Below, one piece after another: positions 1 to 12,900 of a stretch of DNA of 64,000 bases. The translations under genes were made by a program, and so were the position numbers. Source of the DNA: Sphaerodactylus townsendi (lineage: Eukaryota). The stretch covers positions 31,930,001 to 31,994,000 of the forward strand of contig NC_059437.1 in the NCBI RefSeq assembly GCF_021028975.2, read 5' to 3'. The notes under the pieces were generated by a model. That model was not told where the DNA came from, made no database searches, and worked only from the letters and a program-made list of their open reading frames with translations. How positions within the stretch are numbered: position 1 is the first letter of the stretch; each line of letters begins with the position of its first letter.

Positions 1-299
1 ACTTGCTCTGGGCACCATCTTCAGAAGATATGCCACTGTTCAGCACATCTCCCCTCCATCATCTTCTTTTCTCCAGGTGAGAGAGACATAGTTCCTTCAG
101 CTTTTCCTCGGAGGATTTGTGAGTGGTTTGAGGGAAATTACAACTGATCTTTATAAAATTATTGAAGTCGTAAGGAGTGATATTTTTTCTTGGTCTCCCT
201 CAGCTCTATAGTATAGTTCCAACAGGTCCCAAGACTGGTAAACATGAAAGGTGTCCAGAGGCAGTTTTGGGATGATTGAGAAGCCTAATCATGGCAAAA

Positions 300-1600
300 C
301 AGAGAAGCTACTGGTGGTGTGGATAGTCTGACCTAGGAACTGGGATATCTATTGCCTGCTATGGATGGGGTTGCTCTCCCTCAAAGGAGTGGGCTTGTAG
401 CTTAGGGGTACGACTAGATCCAGGACTGCTGTTGGCTAAATGAGTGACAATAGTAGCCAGAGACACCTTTAATCAGCTTTAGGTGAAAAGACAGCTGTGG
501 CCATTCCTGTGCAGGAAAGATGTTGCTGCACTGCAGTTGATGTAAATACCTGGATTAGATTGTGACAATGTGTTCTATGCGGGGCTGCCCTTGAACATTA
601 TCCAGAAGCTATAGCTACTACAGAATGGTGACTGCAACAGATTGTAGGACCCATAACATTTCATTTATATTCCATTTTTACTGGTTCCAGTTAGCTTGTG
701 AGCCTGACTTAAGGTGCTTCTATTGACTATTAAAGCCTAATATCACTTGGGTAAGGGACACCTGAAGGACAAGGTAGTCCTAGATCAGTGTTGGCGAACC
801 TTTTCGAGACCGAGTGCCCAAATTGCAACCCAAAACTCACTTATTTATCGCAAAGTGCCAACATGGCAATTTAACCTGAATACTGAGGTTTTCGTGTAGA
901 AAAAACGGTTGGCTCCAAGACGTGCGTTACTCCGGAGTAAGATTGGTGGTAGTCGCTGTCTTTGCTTTGAAGCAACTGTGCAACTCTTCCAACGGGTGAA
1001 TCACGACCCTAGGAGGGTTTACTCAGAAGCAAGCCCCATTGCCAGCAACCGAGCTTACCCCAGGTAAAGGATCACGCTTTAGTTCTTCGCATGAAAAGTT
1101 TAACAGCGCTTAACAGGGTTGCCTACACTGCTTCCACAAAACTAGATCTTAGGTTTAATGCTAATAATTGAGCCCAGTGGCCCAGGCCAACCTAGATGTG
1201 GGGGGGGACACACTCTGTTTGCGTGTGCCCACAGAGAGGGCTCTGAGTGCCACATCTGGCACCTGTGCCACAGGTTCGCCACCACTGTCCTAGATTAACG
1301 TGTCTGACCACTCTAGTAATCTTTGGAGGACCTGCTTTGGGTGCCTGTGTCATCTGAGCTAGAAGGGTAGTAACCCAAAAAGGCATCAAAAAGGCACCAA
1401 AAACTCTGGAATGCCCACTGCAGGAAGGTTTATCTATCCCCTATTGTTTTGCTTACCATTCCCTCACTAACTCTAATTAGCCCTTCTCATTGTTGTATGT
1501 TTATTTGATTTAAATATTTTATATGTATTTAAGTTTTAAGTGCTTTTTAATGTCTGAAATGCTTGCCAACTTAGAGACTTTGAAGCAGGCAGAAAAGTGA
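300..1600 (+). mobile_element. Decayed L2-like LINE 3' portion, interrupted by a hAT MITE
   Basis: Degenerate L2-type ORF2 end (..LDCDNVFYAGLPL..QKL.LLQN..) that continues after the 786-1287 insertion. Confidence 0.55.
786..1287. mobile_element. Non-autonomous hAT DNA transposon (502 bp)
   Basis: TIR CAGTG(T/G)TGGCGAACCT, 15/16 match; perfect 8-bp TSD TCCTAGAT (778-785 and 1288-1295). Confidence 0.92.
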
Positions 1601-1814
1601 CAAAAAAGTTTTCAAATACAAGCATTCTAATCTATGTCCAAAATAGGAGGTTATCTTGTCACAGGAAGTCAAAAACCCTTCTATGTGTATCCCTTTCCCA
1701 ATTTGGCGGGGGCACCACGTTTTTTTTTCATGAAGTTGGTTAAATGTCTTGATTTCAGAGAACACAAAGAACATCTCCTGTCACTCATTGCTGGAGTTAG
1801 TACCAAAGAGGCAA

Positions 1815-2113
1815 GGCAGCAGTGGCGCAGTGGTTAAAGAGCAGGTGTACTGTAATCTGGAGGAACCGGGTTTGATTTCCCGCTCTGCCGCTTGAGCTGT
1901 GGAGGCTTATCTGGGGAATTCATATTAGCCAGTGCACTCCAACACATGCCAGTTAGGTGACCTTGGGCTAGTCACAGTTCTTCTGAGCTCTCTCAGCCCC
2001 ACCAACCTCACAGGGTATTTGTTGTGAGGGGGGGAAGGGCAAGGAGATCGTCAGCCCCTTTGAGTCTCTCAGAGAGAAAGAGGGGATATAAATCCAAACT
2101 CTTCTTCTTCTTC
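1815..2113 (+). mobile_element. tRNA-derived squamate SINE (Squam3-like) with (CTT)n tail
   Basis: Box A AGTGGCGCAGTGG, box B GGTTTGATTTCC, GGTGACCTTGGGC core; second copy at 39973. Confidence 0.85.
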
Positions 2114-3886
2114 CTTGCACTTGGTACATGTACTAAAGCCCAATGGTGGGAAGTTTTAAGCTACCAGAAAAAAACAGACAGGAATGACACTTGCATCTAT
2201 TCTCTATTTGCACCTTTGATGGGTCTTCCAGGCACTCTCCCACTGGGGCTGGGCCCTGCTTAGCTTAACATACCAGCAATGAGCTATGTTATATTCTGCT
2301 GTCTTCAAATTAAAGGATTTCCTTTGCTACGCAGAACACTTGGTTGGGGGGTCACACTGCCATCAGCTCACCCCAGCCCTTAGCCACTACTGCTGCATCT
2401 CAACTCCCCAAGAGACAGACAAGACCAAGCTGGCTCCGTGTCAAACAGTTATATTTATAGCAAAAATAGGCTTTTACTTTCTTCCCCATACAGTGTTCTG
2501 TCCCCCACCCCCTCCCCAAAAACATTTACACAGTAAACAGGTTAGCTGATGCCCTGTGTGACAAGCCCACTCCCCACTTTGCAGTGACCCTCTGGCATCC
2601 CTCCGCCAGGCCCCTACACCCCCCAAGCCTTCCAAGAGATGCAGCTTCCGTGCAGTGATCCAGGCGATGTGCATACACAAATACCCAGAAAAAGGGTCGC
2701 CACTGCAGCATGCCAGCCAGGGGAGTATTCTATTGGACTTGCCGAGTGGCACATGCCAGCTTTAAAAATAGAGCACCAGTCTTCCCCCCCTCCCACCCGC
2801 TTCTCTGCTAGCAGAGAGCTCCTAGCAAGAGCACAGATTACAGGAAGCCATCACAGATGTAGCTTATGTCATCACAATGGACCCCTTGGAAGAAAAAAAA
2901 ATCATTGGGGGCACATATTCAAACCCTTGGACACCCCCTGTCCCCTTGCTGGCTCATGGAAGTACAGAGAAGCCATGAAGAAAAGCCAGATTGGGAAGGG
3001 TGTTCATATCAAGTAGAATGGAGGAGGGTTGGGGGGAGGGGGGGTCTGAAGCTGCTCTCTCCAACCACCACTCAAACAAAAATGAGCTTTGTAAGGGTTA
3101 AAGGAGTGGGTGCTGAGCAAGTGGGGGACTTTGGCCAGAGGAAATAGCTAGTAAGGAGAACAGGTAGGAAGACTCTAGCCAGGGAGAAAAACTGTGCAGA
3201 GTGAGGAGCCGGAGCTCTCACAGGCAAACAATACAACACGTTTCCTCCATGCACACACATATGTACCTTATCTTAGGCCAGAATAAGGTCTAAAAAGAAG
3301 ACAGACCTCACCAAGCCCTACCAGGACCTCCACCAGAAGCAAGAAATCACGCCACCTTTTCTTCCCGCTTTCCCCAACAAGAGAGTGTCCAAGAGCAGGC
3401 TGAGTCTTTCCCAGGAGTGGGTCGAGTTGGCACAACAATAAGAGTCAAGAATAGAGTGGGGAGGCAGAGAGAGGCCCACCTAATACTGTAAGGGATGTCT
3501 CAGTAGACAGAGCTACTGCCACTGGATCAAGGTTGGAGGAGATTGCACTGACTACCTTGCCCTGTATAGCGAAAAGTGTGTGTGTGTGGGGGGGGGGGGG
3601 TCAGTTTGTGGCCAGCCACTCTCTTCAGCAGACAGAGCTGCCCACAGGGATGGACAGCAGGAAGGGAGTTCAACTTCCAACACTGCTAAACTGGGCACAA
3701 ATGTCTTTGCACACAACCTTCGAATATCTTCCCCCTCCGAGTCCCAGTTTGGAAATTGCACATGAAAAGGGGTGTTTTGTCTCTCCTCACACCCCACAAG
3801 GGAAGGGAATGTTGTCAAGTAAACATGGTGGGTGAATGCCATGGCGCATGAGTCCTCTGCCCCAAAGGGGGTCACCAGCACCCCTT

Positions 3887-3976
3887 CTAGGAGACCATGT
3901 AGTGAGTAATCGCACGAAGAGCATACAACAGTTCTGCTTGAAGCCTGGCTTCCAGGATGAGAAGGTTCACGTGGAC
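3887..3976 (-). CDS. SESN4: Sestrin exon 9 ([29 protein letters not shown])
   Basis: 90 nt ending in TAG; canonical sestrin C-terminus. Confidence 0.95.
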   Translation of the reverse strand, partial: VHVNLLILEARLQAELLYALRAITHYMVS

Positions 3977-6900
3977 CTGTGAAGGAAAGAGGAGAAGTCT
4001 GAAGCATCCTAACTGTCTGTGAGAATACACACATCTATACACTTGGCATCTTCAGGTATTAGCCCTGCTCTAGGTCTCTCTCCTGCCTCACCCAACTGCA
4101 ATTGAACAATAACTAACTAATAGGAAATAAGAGTCAGGCTGCATCAATTTCTAAAAACCCCTTTAGATGGTGTTACACATTATGTTAGACTTCTGGACTA
4201 AGCTCTGGGAGACACAGGTGCAAATTCCCACCCCACTGCGGAAGATCACTGGGTGACCTTGGAGTAGTCCTTCTCTCTCAGCTTGTCCTAAAATGGAGGA
4301 AGGAAAAACAATTTTGTAACCCTTTCGGGGGAGAGGTTGGTGGAAATAAGGTATAAATAAATAAAATTTCCTCCCACGCTGTACTGTTTTGAAATAAAAC
4401 ATCACATTGAACATTTCAAGGACTATGATCAAATACAGTATTTTGGTTAGGAGAGAGAAAAACTATCCCGCACTTTGCTCCAAAATTCTCAAACCCCAAG
4501 GCACTTGGGGGCCCCTTAGTTCAGGGGGAAAATGGGCTAAAAATATTTTTTAAAAGGAAAAAAAAACCATTCATAGACATCAATTCCCCCCCTCCAGGCC
4601 AAGGTCTTTAAAATAAAGCCAACCTCTTAAGGGAAAAAAACCCCATGAATTAAAGTCTTTGCTAAGCAGAACAGTGAGAGCCACAGAATTCATAGAAGGG
4701 GCGGGGGCGGGGAGGAGGAATTAACATTGCAGAACCAGAGTACAATGGGCATTGAAGTCCAACATGCTTAGCTATTAAAAGCAAAATTGTATGGCCTGTG
4801 AAGGGATGAGTACCACATGCCCAGTTCTCTGAAAGGACCGCTTCTTGTCTACTCCCATTCAAGGAAACAGCGCTGCTTTAATGTTTGGCCAGTTTGGCTT
4901 TCCGCTTCTCCTGGCATTCCCATGCAGAAGACTAACCAACCAGGAGGCATTCTTCAGCTGCTACAACAGAGTTGTCCCCCATCACATATCTGGCATGAGC
5001 TTACTCTCCTCTGCCTCTCACACTCACCCAATCTAATTAGAGTTTCTATTCACTTGGTGTGGCCGCAGTATTCCCCAATAAATACTGAAACATCAGTTCC
5101 TGTTTTAGGAGAGTGATGGTTAATTACTGCTTCTTTCTTTTCAGCCAAAGTAATTGCAGATGAAATTTTGCTCCTTTGATTTACAGCTGCTTCACTCCTT
5201 AGTTCCCAGTTGCTTATAGTAACTGAAGCATTCTTGAATTGAACTTTACCTGCAGTGGCATACCTAGGGGGTTGATACCCAATGTGGCTGTTACATGGGG
5301 GGCTCCTGCCCGCCAGAGGAGGCCAAGCAGCTGCACCACCACTGAGCTGCCAGTCGGCTGGGCGTGATAATGCTGCATTCTCCGGAGTCTCTGCTGCTGC
5401 CAACCAACACCATGCCACACCACATGCTGGCCACAAAAGCAGGCAACGTGTGGCAGCAAGTGAGAAGGCGAGCGCGCCTTGTATGCTGCCTCAGGCAGGG
5501 GCGTACCGCTTATAGGGACATGGAGTAATGACTACACGGGCAGTAGACCTGGACGCAGGTGTCAGCTCTGAGCAGTACACCTGGATGCCGGTGTGAGGTC
5601 CAGGCAGTAGACCTGGATGTTGGGCAGTAGACCTGGGCACCTGTGGAGGGGGTGTGTGGAAAATTCAGATCCCCAGGCTCCATTTTTCCTAGATATGCCT
5701 CTGGCCTGGGGCTCAGCCACCTGCCAATGATCAGCGCCACAGAGGATATGTCCTTCTGGTCACTTGAGGGAGATGCTGCCACTGTTGCTGCTGTGTGCAC
5801 ATCCAAGAAGAACCAGTTGACAGGTGGGCAAGAGGGAGGGCCACAGGGTGTGGTGGGGCACCTGGTGACTGTTCCACAAGGAGGTGGCAGGTGGAGGGGT
5901 TGAGTGCAAGCCGGATGTGTGGCCGGGGGCTTTGGGCAGAGAGTAGTAGTTAACATGCTTAGCAGTCACTTTGATTGCAAAGTGAATTAGTATCTCATTC
6001 CCTTATAACCAAGAATTGGTCATTACAAAGTGATTTCTAAGTAAGGACTGGTTCAAGAATGCTACATCCATTTGAAGGGGAACAGGAGTGAGTTAAGCAG
6101 CTGTGAAGAAGAGGAGCAAAATTTTGAAGGGACAGTTTGCAGGGAGAAGCAGAATCTTAGCTGAATAGTACATCTGAATAAACACAGTAAACGGATGTTT
6201 TGTTGGGGGCTTTCACGGGCAGAATCAACAGAGTGTTGTGAGTTTTCCCAAGTGTTCCATGGTCTGGTAGTTTTTGCTTCAGAGAATGCCAGGCATAGAT
6301 GTGTGCAAAATGCTAGGAGCAAAAACTATCAGACCGTGACTACAAGTCTGAAAAACGCACAACATCTACAGTAAACTGAATAAACATGGGCTTTACCGAT
6401 GGGACCTGGAATCGCAGAAAGGAGCATGTGTGCAAAACATTATGGTATTATGCAAATCCATTCTTAATTCTACTTGTAGCATTTTACAGAACAGTAGCGG
6501 CTGAAATGGGCCAAATGGGCCAGGTGTGGATGCCACCTTGCTGGTTGCTGCTACTGTTCCATCACCTTTGCAATGGTCACTTCCATATTCTGGAAACTGC
6601 TGAGAAACAAATTCATGGCACCCACAGTCCTTGCCCACAAGCCTCTGCCCACTGTAAATTGTGCACCCACACACACCTTTTCACTGTGCTTAAACTGTTT
6701 CCAGAAGCGTTCAAACATTTCAGGATTCAGCTTCTCTGGAGAGCAGGTCACAGTTTTTATGTAGAGCTTGAGTATGCGTTCCAGGAGATGGTTCACCTCT
6801 GCGTAGTCATAATCATCGTACCTGCAGAGTGAGTGACAGGAAAATGAAGCCCCTGCTCTTTTTGTAAAAAGGCACACGTGAGCACAGCTGCAAACTAGAC

Positions 6901-9900
6901 TCTGAAATGCTGAGACCCGCACAGGAACACTGCCTGTCTCTTTTTCAACCAAAGCTCAGGCAGCTCGGGAGAAGTGTTCACTTGAGTTCAGCAACAGAGA
7001 AACTTTCATACTTCCTGTCTCTGAAAGGGGCCTGGCTGTCCCTCCCCAGCCAAGGCACACAGACAAGCTCTTATTTCCCCTCCACCCACTGCATGCAGCA
7101 GATGCTAAAATGACTGGGACGGAGATGTGATGAAGGCAAGTTAGCCCATTGCCTAACCCTGCTTGCAGAGTGACTCTTGAGCCAGCCAGTGTTACTATCA
7201 AAACAGCCATTCGCAGCTTTGTAGATCTGAATATCATGGATTGTCAGGGCAATAGTGACAGTCTAGGCTTGTGCCTCTCTAAGACGTAGGTGGTTGTGAG
7301 GGGTCCTTTTCCAATGTTACAAGCTGGCAAGTCATTCAGAGTTTCTAGGGAGCTAAATCTGACTTTCCTCCCTTCCAACTCCACAATCACCCCCAGAAGA
7401 TGGAGAGGCAAGTACCTGATGCCAAACATGCAGTGGATATAGTTCCAAATCCCACGCTTAAACGTGGCATGTTCGCAGCCCTGCCGCTTTGCCATTGCAC
7501 AGCTCTGGAGGCCATCAACCTTCCGGAACTTCTCGTCTAACAGATGCCCAATATCCGAGTACAGCCTGTTCACCAGGGAGAAGCCATGATCTTCCCAGGA
7601 GTAATCCTGCCAAGAATGGAATGCAGGAAGAATGAGGGAGAAGATCAAAGAAGGAGAAGGCCAGGTTGGAACTACAGTGCGTTGAGGAAAGAAAGGTCCA
7701 GGTAAAACCAGATTCATCCCTTATCTCTCCCCCCACCAACTCATACCATGGCCCTCCTAAGCAGGCAATAGTGGCAAAACCCACCTGGACACGGAAAATC
7801 TGTGTCTGATTCTCGTCACGCTGAGCAAAGTCCTGGTATCCAAAGCTGGGGTCTTGAACGTAACAGGAGAGATCTGCAGGGCCCATAATTTCTTCATCAA
7901 AACCTAGAATATACACACAAGCAAAAGGCAGGTTGGAAAGGAAAAAGACACACCACAGCACTTAAGTACGCACCCACAAAGCATTGCTGTTCATGCTCTG
8001 CAGCCTCAAAGAAAGATGCAACAACCCAGGAAACAAAGGTTTTCCTTTTATTCTTTTTTTTTTTACTTTTTCCTACCTCTAAAATGGTGTAAATTAATGT
8101 TAAGGTAGCATGGGGTGCAACGTGTTTGCGGCACCCTCCCTCATTCTAATATTAGACCTTTTTTTTCCCTACAAGAAACACTGGAAATAAAAGGCATTTA
8201 TTTTTTCAATTTCAATAAATACACCAATTAATACCATTTTATATATTCAAGTGCTAAATGATACATTTCAAGTTGTCAAAGCAGAAAAAAATATGTATAG
8301 GTTTGATGAAGTATTCAATATAATCTGATCCACCCCGCCCCTCAAAATTTGAGGAGGTGAAAAAGGCCTTCAAAACTTCCAGAAATGTTTACCTCTCCGG
8401 CCCCAAAGATCTCATGAATTACCTTCTTCCCTCTCTGGCAGCCTCATCTCTTCCCGGGTCTCACTCTCCACCTGCAGCCTGTGAATGCGCCCACGTAGAG
8501 ACTCCAATTCCACACAGGAATCCAGCGACTGGAGAACAGAGAAAGCGGCAAAGCGCCATTCACTAATGAGCCCTGGCTACTGCCCCTGGCCCTGCAGCCC
8601 AAAAGGGCCACTGCATCCCACGACCTGACTCTGCAAAGATTGCCAGTCACGCCGACAGCTCCTCCCCTTCCCAGATCCCTAAAACGTTCCTCAGAAATGA
8701 CAGACCCGCTTGCGGTTGAGATGCAGCAGGTCCTGGCTGTAGCCATTGCCCACTTCACAGAAGCAGAGGCTCCCTGGGATGGTGAGCTTCAGCAAGCCCC
8801 TTCCCTCTGGACACACGTCCTGTTCACAGCCACAGCCAAAAGCAAAGCTGGCCAGCGCGTGGTAGTGAGCGAGCAGCACAACCGCGTGGACTAGTTCTGC
8901 CAGGGACCAGCTCTGTTCGCTGATCTTCAGTAACTTCTAGAAAGAGACACAGAAAAATGCTAGCACCGAGCCCGCAGCCAGACCAGTCCAGCCCCCCCCC
9001 CCCCTAATTCTGGACCTAGATAAAATTCAGATTTTGCAGCAGTGAACACAAAAGCAACTTCCCTGTGCCCACTCCCAGCAAAGGCGCTGGAAAACTGCAC
9101 AGCCAACAGAATATATTAACACAGAATCTAACTCTGTTAACTCATAATTTTACACAGTAGATTTTTGTCTAGATCCTCCATGGCTGCTACACAAAATCTG
9201 CCTAAATTTGGGGCAGTGGTGGTTAACAGCCGCCTTTGAATCTCTCAGATGAACCCACAGCCCAGGCAGCCTAACAGGACAGAGAAAAGGTGTGCTCCCC
9301 CGACTGTCCCCGGTCCCTTCCTGCTTGGCTCGCAGCCATTACCTCTATGTGCTCCTTGCCTACGAGCCATGGCCGATGTGCCAAGATCTTGTTAATCTCG
9401 CTGAGCTTGCGGAGTTTGGGGGGGATGCAATCCAGCCCCCTCAGCCACTGAGGGTCACCGCCAACCCGCAGGAACTGCAGCATGTGTAGATTCACCAGAT
9501 ACTGACACCGGTGCCGGGCAGCTGCCTGCAAGAGAGGGGTGAGACCCACCATGCCCGTGACCAAAGAGGAAAAGTATCCTGAACAAGCCTTTTTGCCCAG
9601 GATAGTCTCATCCACCCTTCCCATGCAGGCCAGCTCAGCGACTTCTTCTCTCTCTTGTGGTGTAGTGGACAGTGTAAGGCTAGGATCCGGGAGACCCAGG
9701 GCTGAACCCCCACTTTGACATGGAAACTTGCTGAGTGACCTTGGGCCAGTCACACACACTTATCTTAGCCTACCTCATAGGGTTGATATAAAGCTAAAGT
9801 GGTGGAGAAGAGAACAGCGTAAGTTGCTTTGGATCCTCATTGGGAAAAGAGGTGGGGTGAAGCACATTTTAAAAGAGGTGAAGCACGTTTTTAATACATA

Positions 9901-12900
9901 TATATATATATATATATAACCACTATTTGAAAGACAGAGGAATCTCTCTCATGGACACCCTCTGAGGTGACTGAAAAGAGAGCTGGCACGCATGACCCAG
10001 TTACTGCCAGACGCCCTCTGTCACCTGATGCCTTGGAATGTTTGCCTACTTAAGAGGTTTGGATTCAGAACGGCTTCCAAAATGGCAACGGTGGACAAGG
10101 GACAACGTTTGCAGCAAGCAAAAGGAAAACAGTATCATGCACATAGCTTGGATGGGGGCGGGGAGCAATAAGCTGCCTGTCCAGTGGATGGCCTGGCTTT
10201 GGTTCAGCTCTTGAAGAGGCTCCTCTCGTGGAAAATCCTGGCACTCACCATGATTGCAATGTAGTGACGGCAGTCAAAGGGCAAGGGGCCATCCATGTGC
10301 AGCAGGTAATGCTGCATCCGGAGGAAACTGTCCAGATAGTGCGGGTGGTAGCCCATCTGCTGTGTGATGGCCTCAAGTCGCCCCCTGCTGGCCAAGGCCT
10401 TCACAAAGAGCAACTGGGGAGCCCGCTCCTTGTCGCTCGCACTCATCTTTGCCACCTGTTGGGGTAGGGAGGAGAAAGAGAGAGAAAGGTTTTTTCTTAC
10501 ACCTTTCTTCCTTGTGTGGAGGAAGTGTCCAAAGGGTAACCAGTTTGTATCAGGGAGGCCTGACCAGAAGGCGAAGTGGCATACAGCAAGCTTGGGGAAC
10601 ACGGAAGGTGGTAGCAAGGAATGGTCTATATCTGAAAGGAACATCTGACATGGGAAAGTGCAGCGAGGAAGCGGGTGTTCCTGCCCTGGGCTATGCGTAT
10701 TCTGCAAAACAGCTGCTCCAGAGACCTTTTGGACCAGCGTGGGCAAAGGGGAAATACCCAGCTAGTTCGTACACGTTGTTTTTAGTTTTGTTTTTAATGT
10801 GCAGTACCACAGTGTTTGTTGTATTAAATCAAGAGTGTCCAACTCTGGTGCCCCAGACGTTTCATGGACTACAATTCCCACCAGTCTCGGCCAGCATGGC
10901 CTATTAGCCATAATGGTAGGGGCTGATGGGAATCTTAGTCCATGAACATCTGGGGCACCAGAGTTGGACATCCCTGCATTAAATCACTTCGTATTGTTTT
11001 TACATCGGCGTTACCCACCTCGGGTCTGGGATGCAGGGAAGAAAGAAAGATAAAGAAATGAATACATGCTGAGCTGGAATCTGCACAAAGTGAATTCAGA
11101 TTCTGCGCTATCAAATCTGGGATTCTAGCATAAGCATTTATTGTCATTGTGCACGCACAACGAAATTTACAGCAGCATTCCTCGATGCACACAATTTCAG
11201 ACTCATACCCCATCCTCACTTTCCCCTTCCTCCACCCATCCCTACACAGCCCCAAACACATCAACACGAAGAATTCAGAATTGGAGTGCTCCCTTTCCCC
11301 TCTGTTATAGGGATATCATTTCTGGTGTGATTCCATCTTCCTGAAAGGATGGGAATCTACATCTACATCCTGTACAAGTTATAAATAACATAGGTATAAT
11401 TTATTGCATATGCAAGTTTGGGAAGAGTTGTTGGAGCAGTATTTTAAAAAGTTCTGCATATAAATGAAACAACTGTGCTCATTTGCATTCAGGCTATGCT
11501 GCTTTCATTAAGGAGAGGAAAAGGGTAACACACCACATTGAACCGTCCCTGCTCAGGAGGAGAAACAAAAACCCCTTGCCAAAAGCCCTGTGCCTCAACC
11601 CCCAGGGTCATGTTCGGGTGCCTGCACCCCACTTCCCCCTCATCATCCTTACAGTTGGTCTTCTCAAGCTCAATGGGGACTGGCTCACATCCACTTGGGA
11701 GATTTCCAGGGCAGGGTCTGAGCCCCATGCGGCACTCCAGGGTCACCTCTAAGCTCCATAACAAGTTTTTCTGCCCCGGCATCAACTGCCTGGAAATGCC
11801 AAAGTCATGCCAAAGGCAGGTGCCACTCTCTGCAGGTCATGGATTGTATGCTCCAGTGGGTACCAGCAGAGGGCAGCTAATAGGGCATTTGACTCTTGCA
11901 CAGACCTAGGCCAGAATAAAAGCCCACCAAGGAGAATTAACTTCCAGCAGCCTGCCCCACTACACTACTGGCATTGACAGAAGCCTGCCATCCTTCCTGG
12001 CCAAGGATAGGAAGTTGCTGGTAATAGCAAGTCGTCTCTTACTTCACTCTGTGGGGGGCCAAAGCACCAGTGCATCTACCTCAACTCCTCCTCCCTCCCC
12101 TTTCTGTAATTTTCCTTATAAGCATTTTCCAAATGATTTCCACACTGAAGGAATCTCTGGCTCATGAAAGCTCCTATTGAAACAAAAGGGGCTATGCGTT
12201 AAGATGCAGCTAGACTTTTGCTTTATTTGCAACATTACAGCCATCCTCATTCACTGGAGATTTTCCACAAGGTCCCTGCACCGCTCCTCAAGTTCCCTTT
12301 TCTTAGCTATCTGCTGGCCCTGGGACTCTCTCTAGGAAAGGGGGAAGATAGTGAAAAATCATTCTATTCCACTTATCAAAGCAGTCGGCCCCCTTCCACT
12401 CCTTAAGACTCCACAGGGCCTTCAGACAACATTCCTGAGCTCTGAACTAACACAAGCTCGGGAAGCCCCAGAGCATGGGCATTCAGCTACTTCAGAAACG
12501 GTCACCTAGTCTCCCAATACCAGCCAGGAGAAATCCCCTGCGATTCCAGCTGTGCAGCAACACCTGCTGTGCCAAGGATTATTGCAGTGCCAAAGTTCTT
12601 GACTAGGAGAGCTGTAGGGAACCTTCCCCCTTCCCCCAATTTCTGCACTGTTTTTCGTCTCCAGAAAACACTCACCACCAACAAACACTGCCTTTTGCAA
12701 TTCTGAGCAACTTTCCTCATTTCAGTATAGTATGCCCTAAAACAAAACATGGGACTGGGAAGTAAATATTCCCTTTTCCTTCTGTTATAGGGATATCAAT
12801 TCTGGTGTGATTCCATCTTCCTGAAAGGATGGGAATCTTCAAAACCAGGTGCAGATTAGAGACAAAGAGTAATAGGACCAAGGTACAGTAAAAGAGATTT

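Noticed and set aside
1815-1890. tRNA gene
   Set aside because: The A/B boxes belong to a SINE head; no complete cloverleaf.
5540-5637. Repeat-spacer-like array resembling CRISPR
   Set aside because: Eukaryotic intron, short degenerate units, irregular spacing, no cas genes.
11489-11785. 98-aa minus-strand ORF as an alternative sestrin first exon
   Set aside because: No sestrin similarity, and the best donor (T|GTAAG) gives the wrong phase for exon 2.
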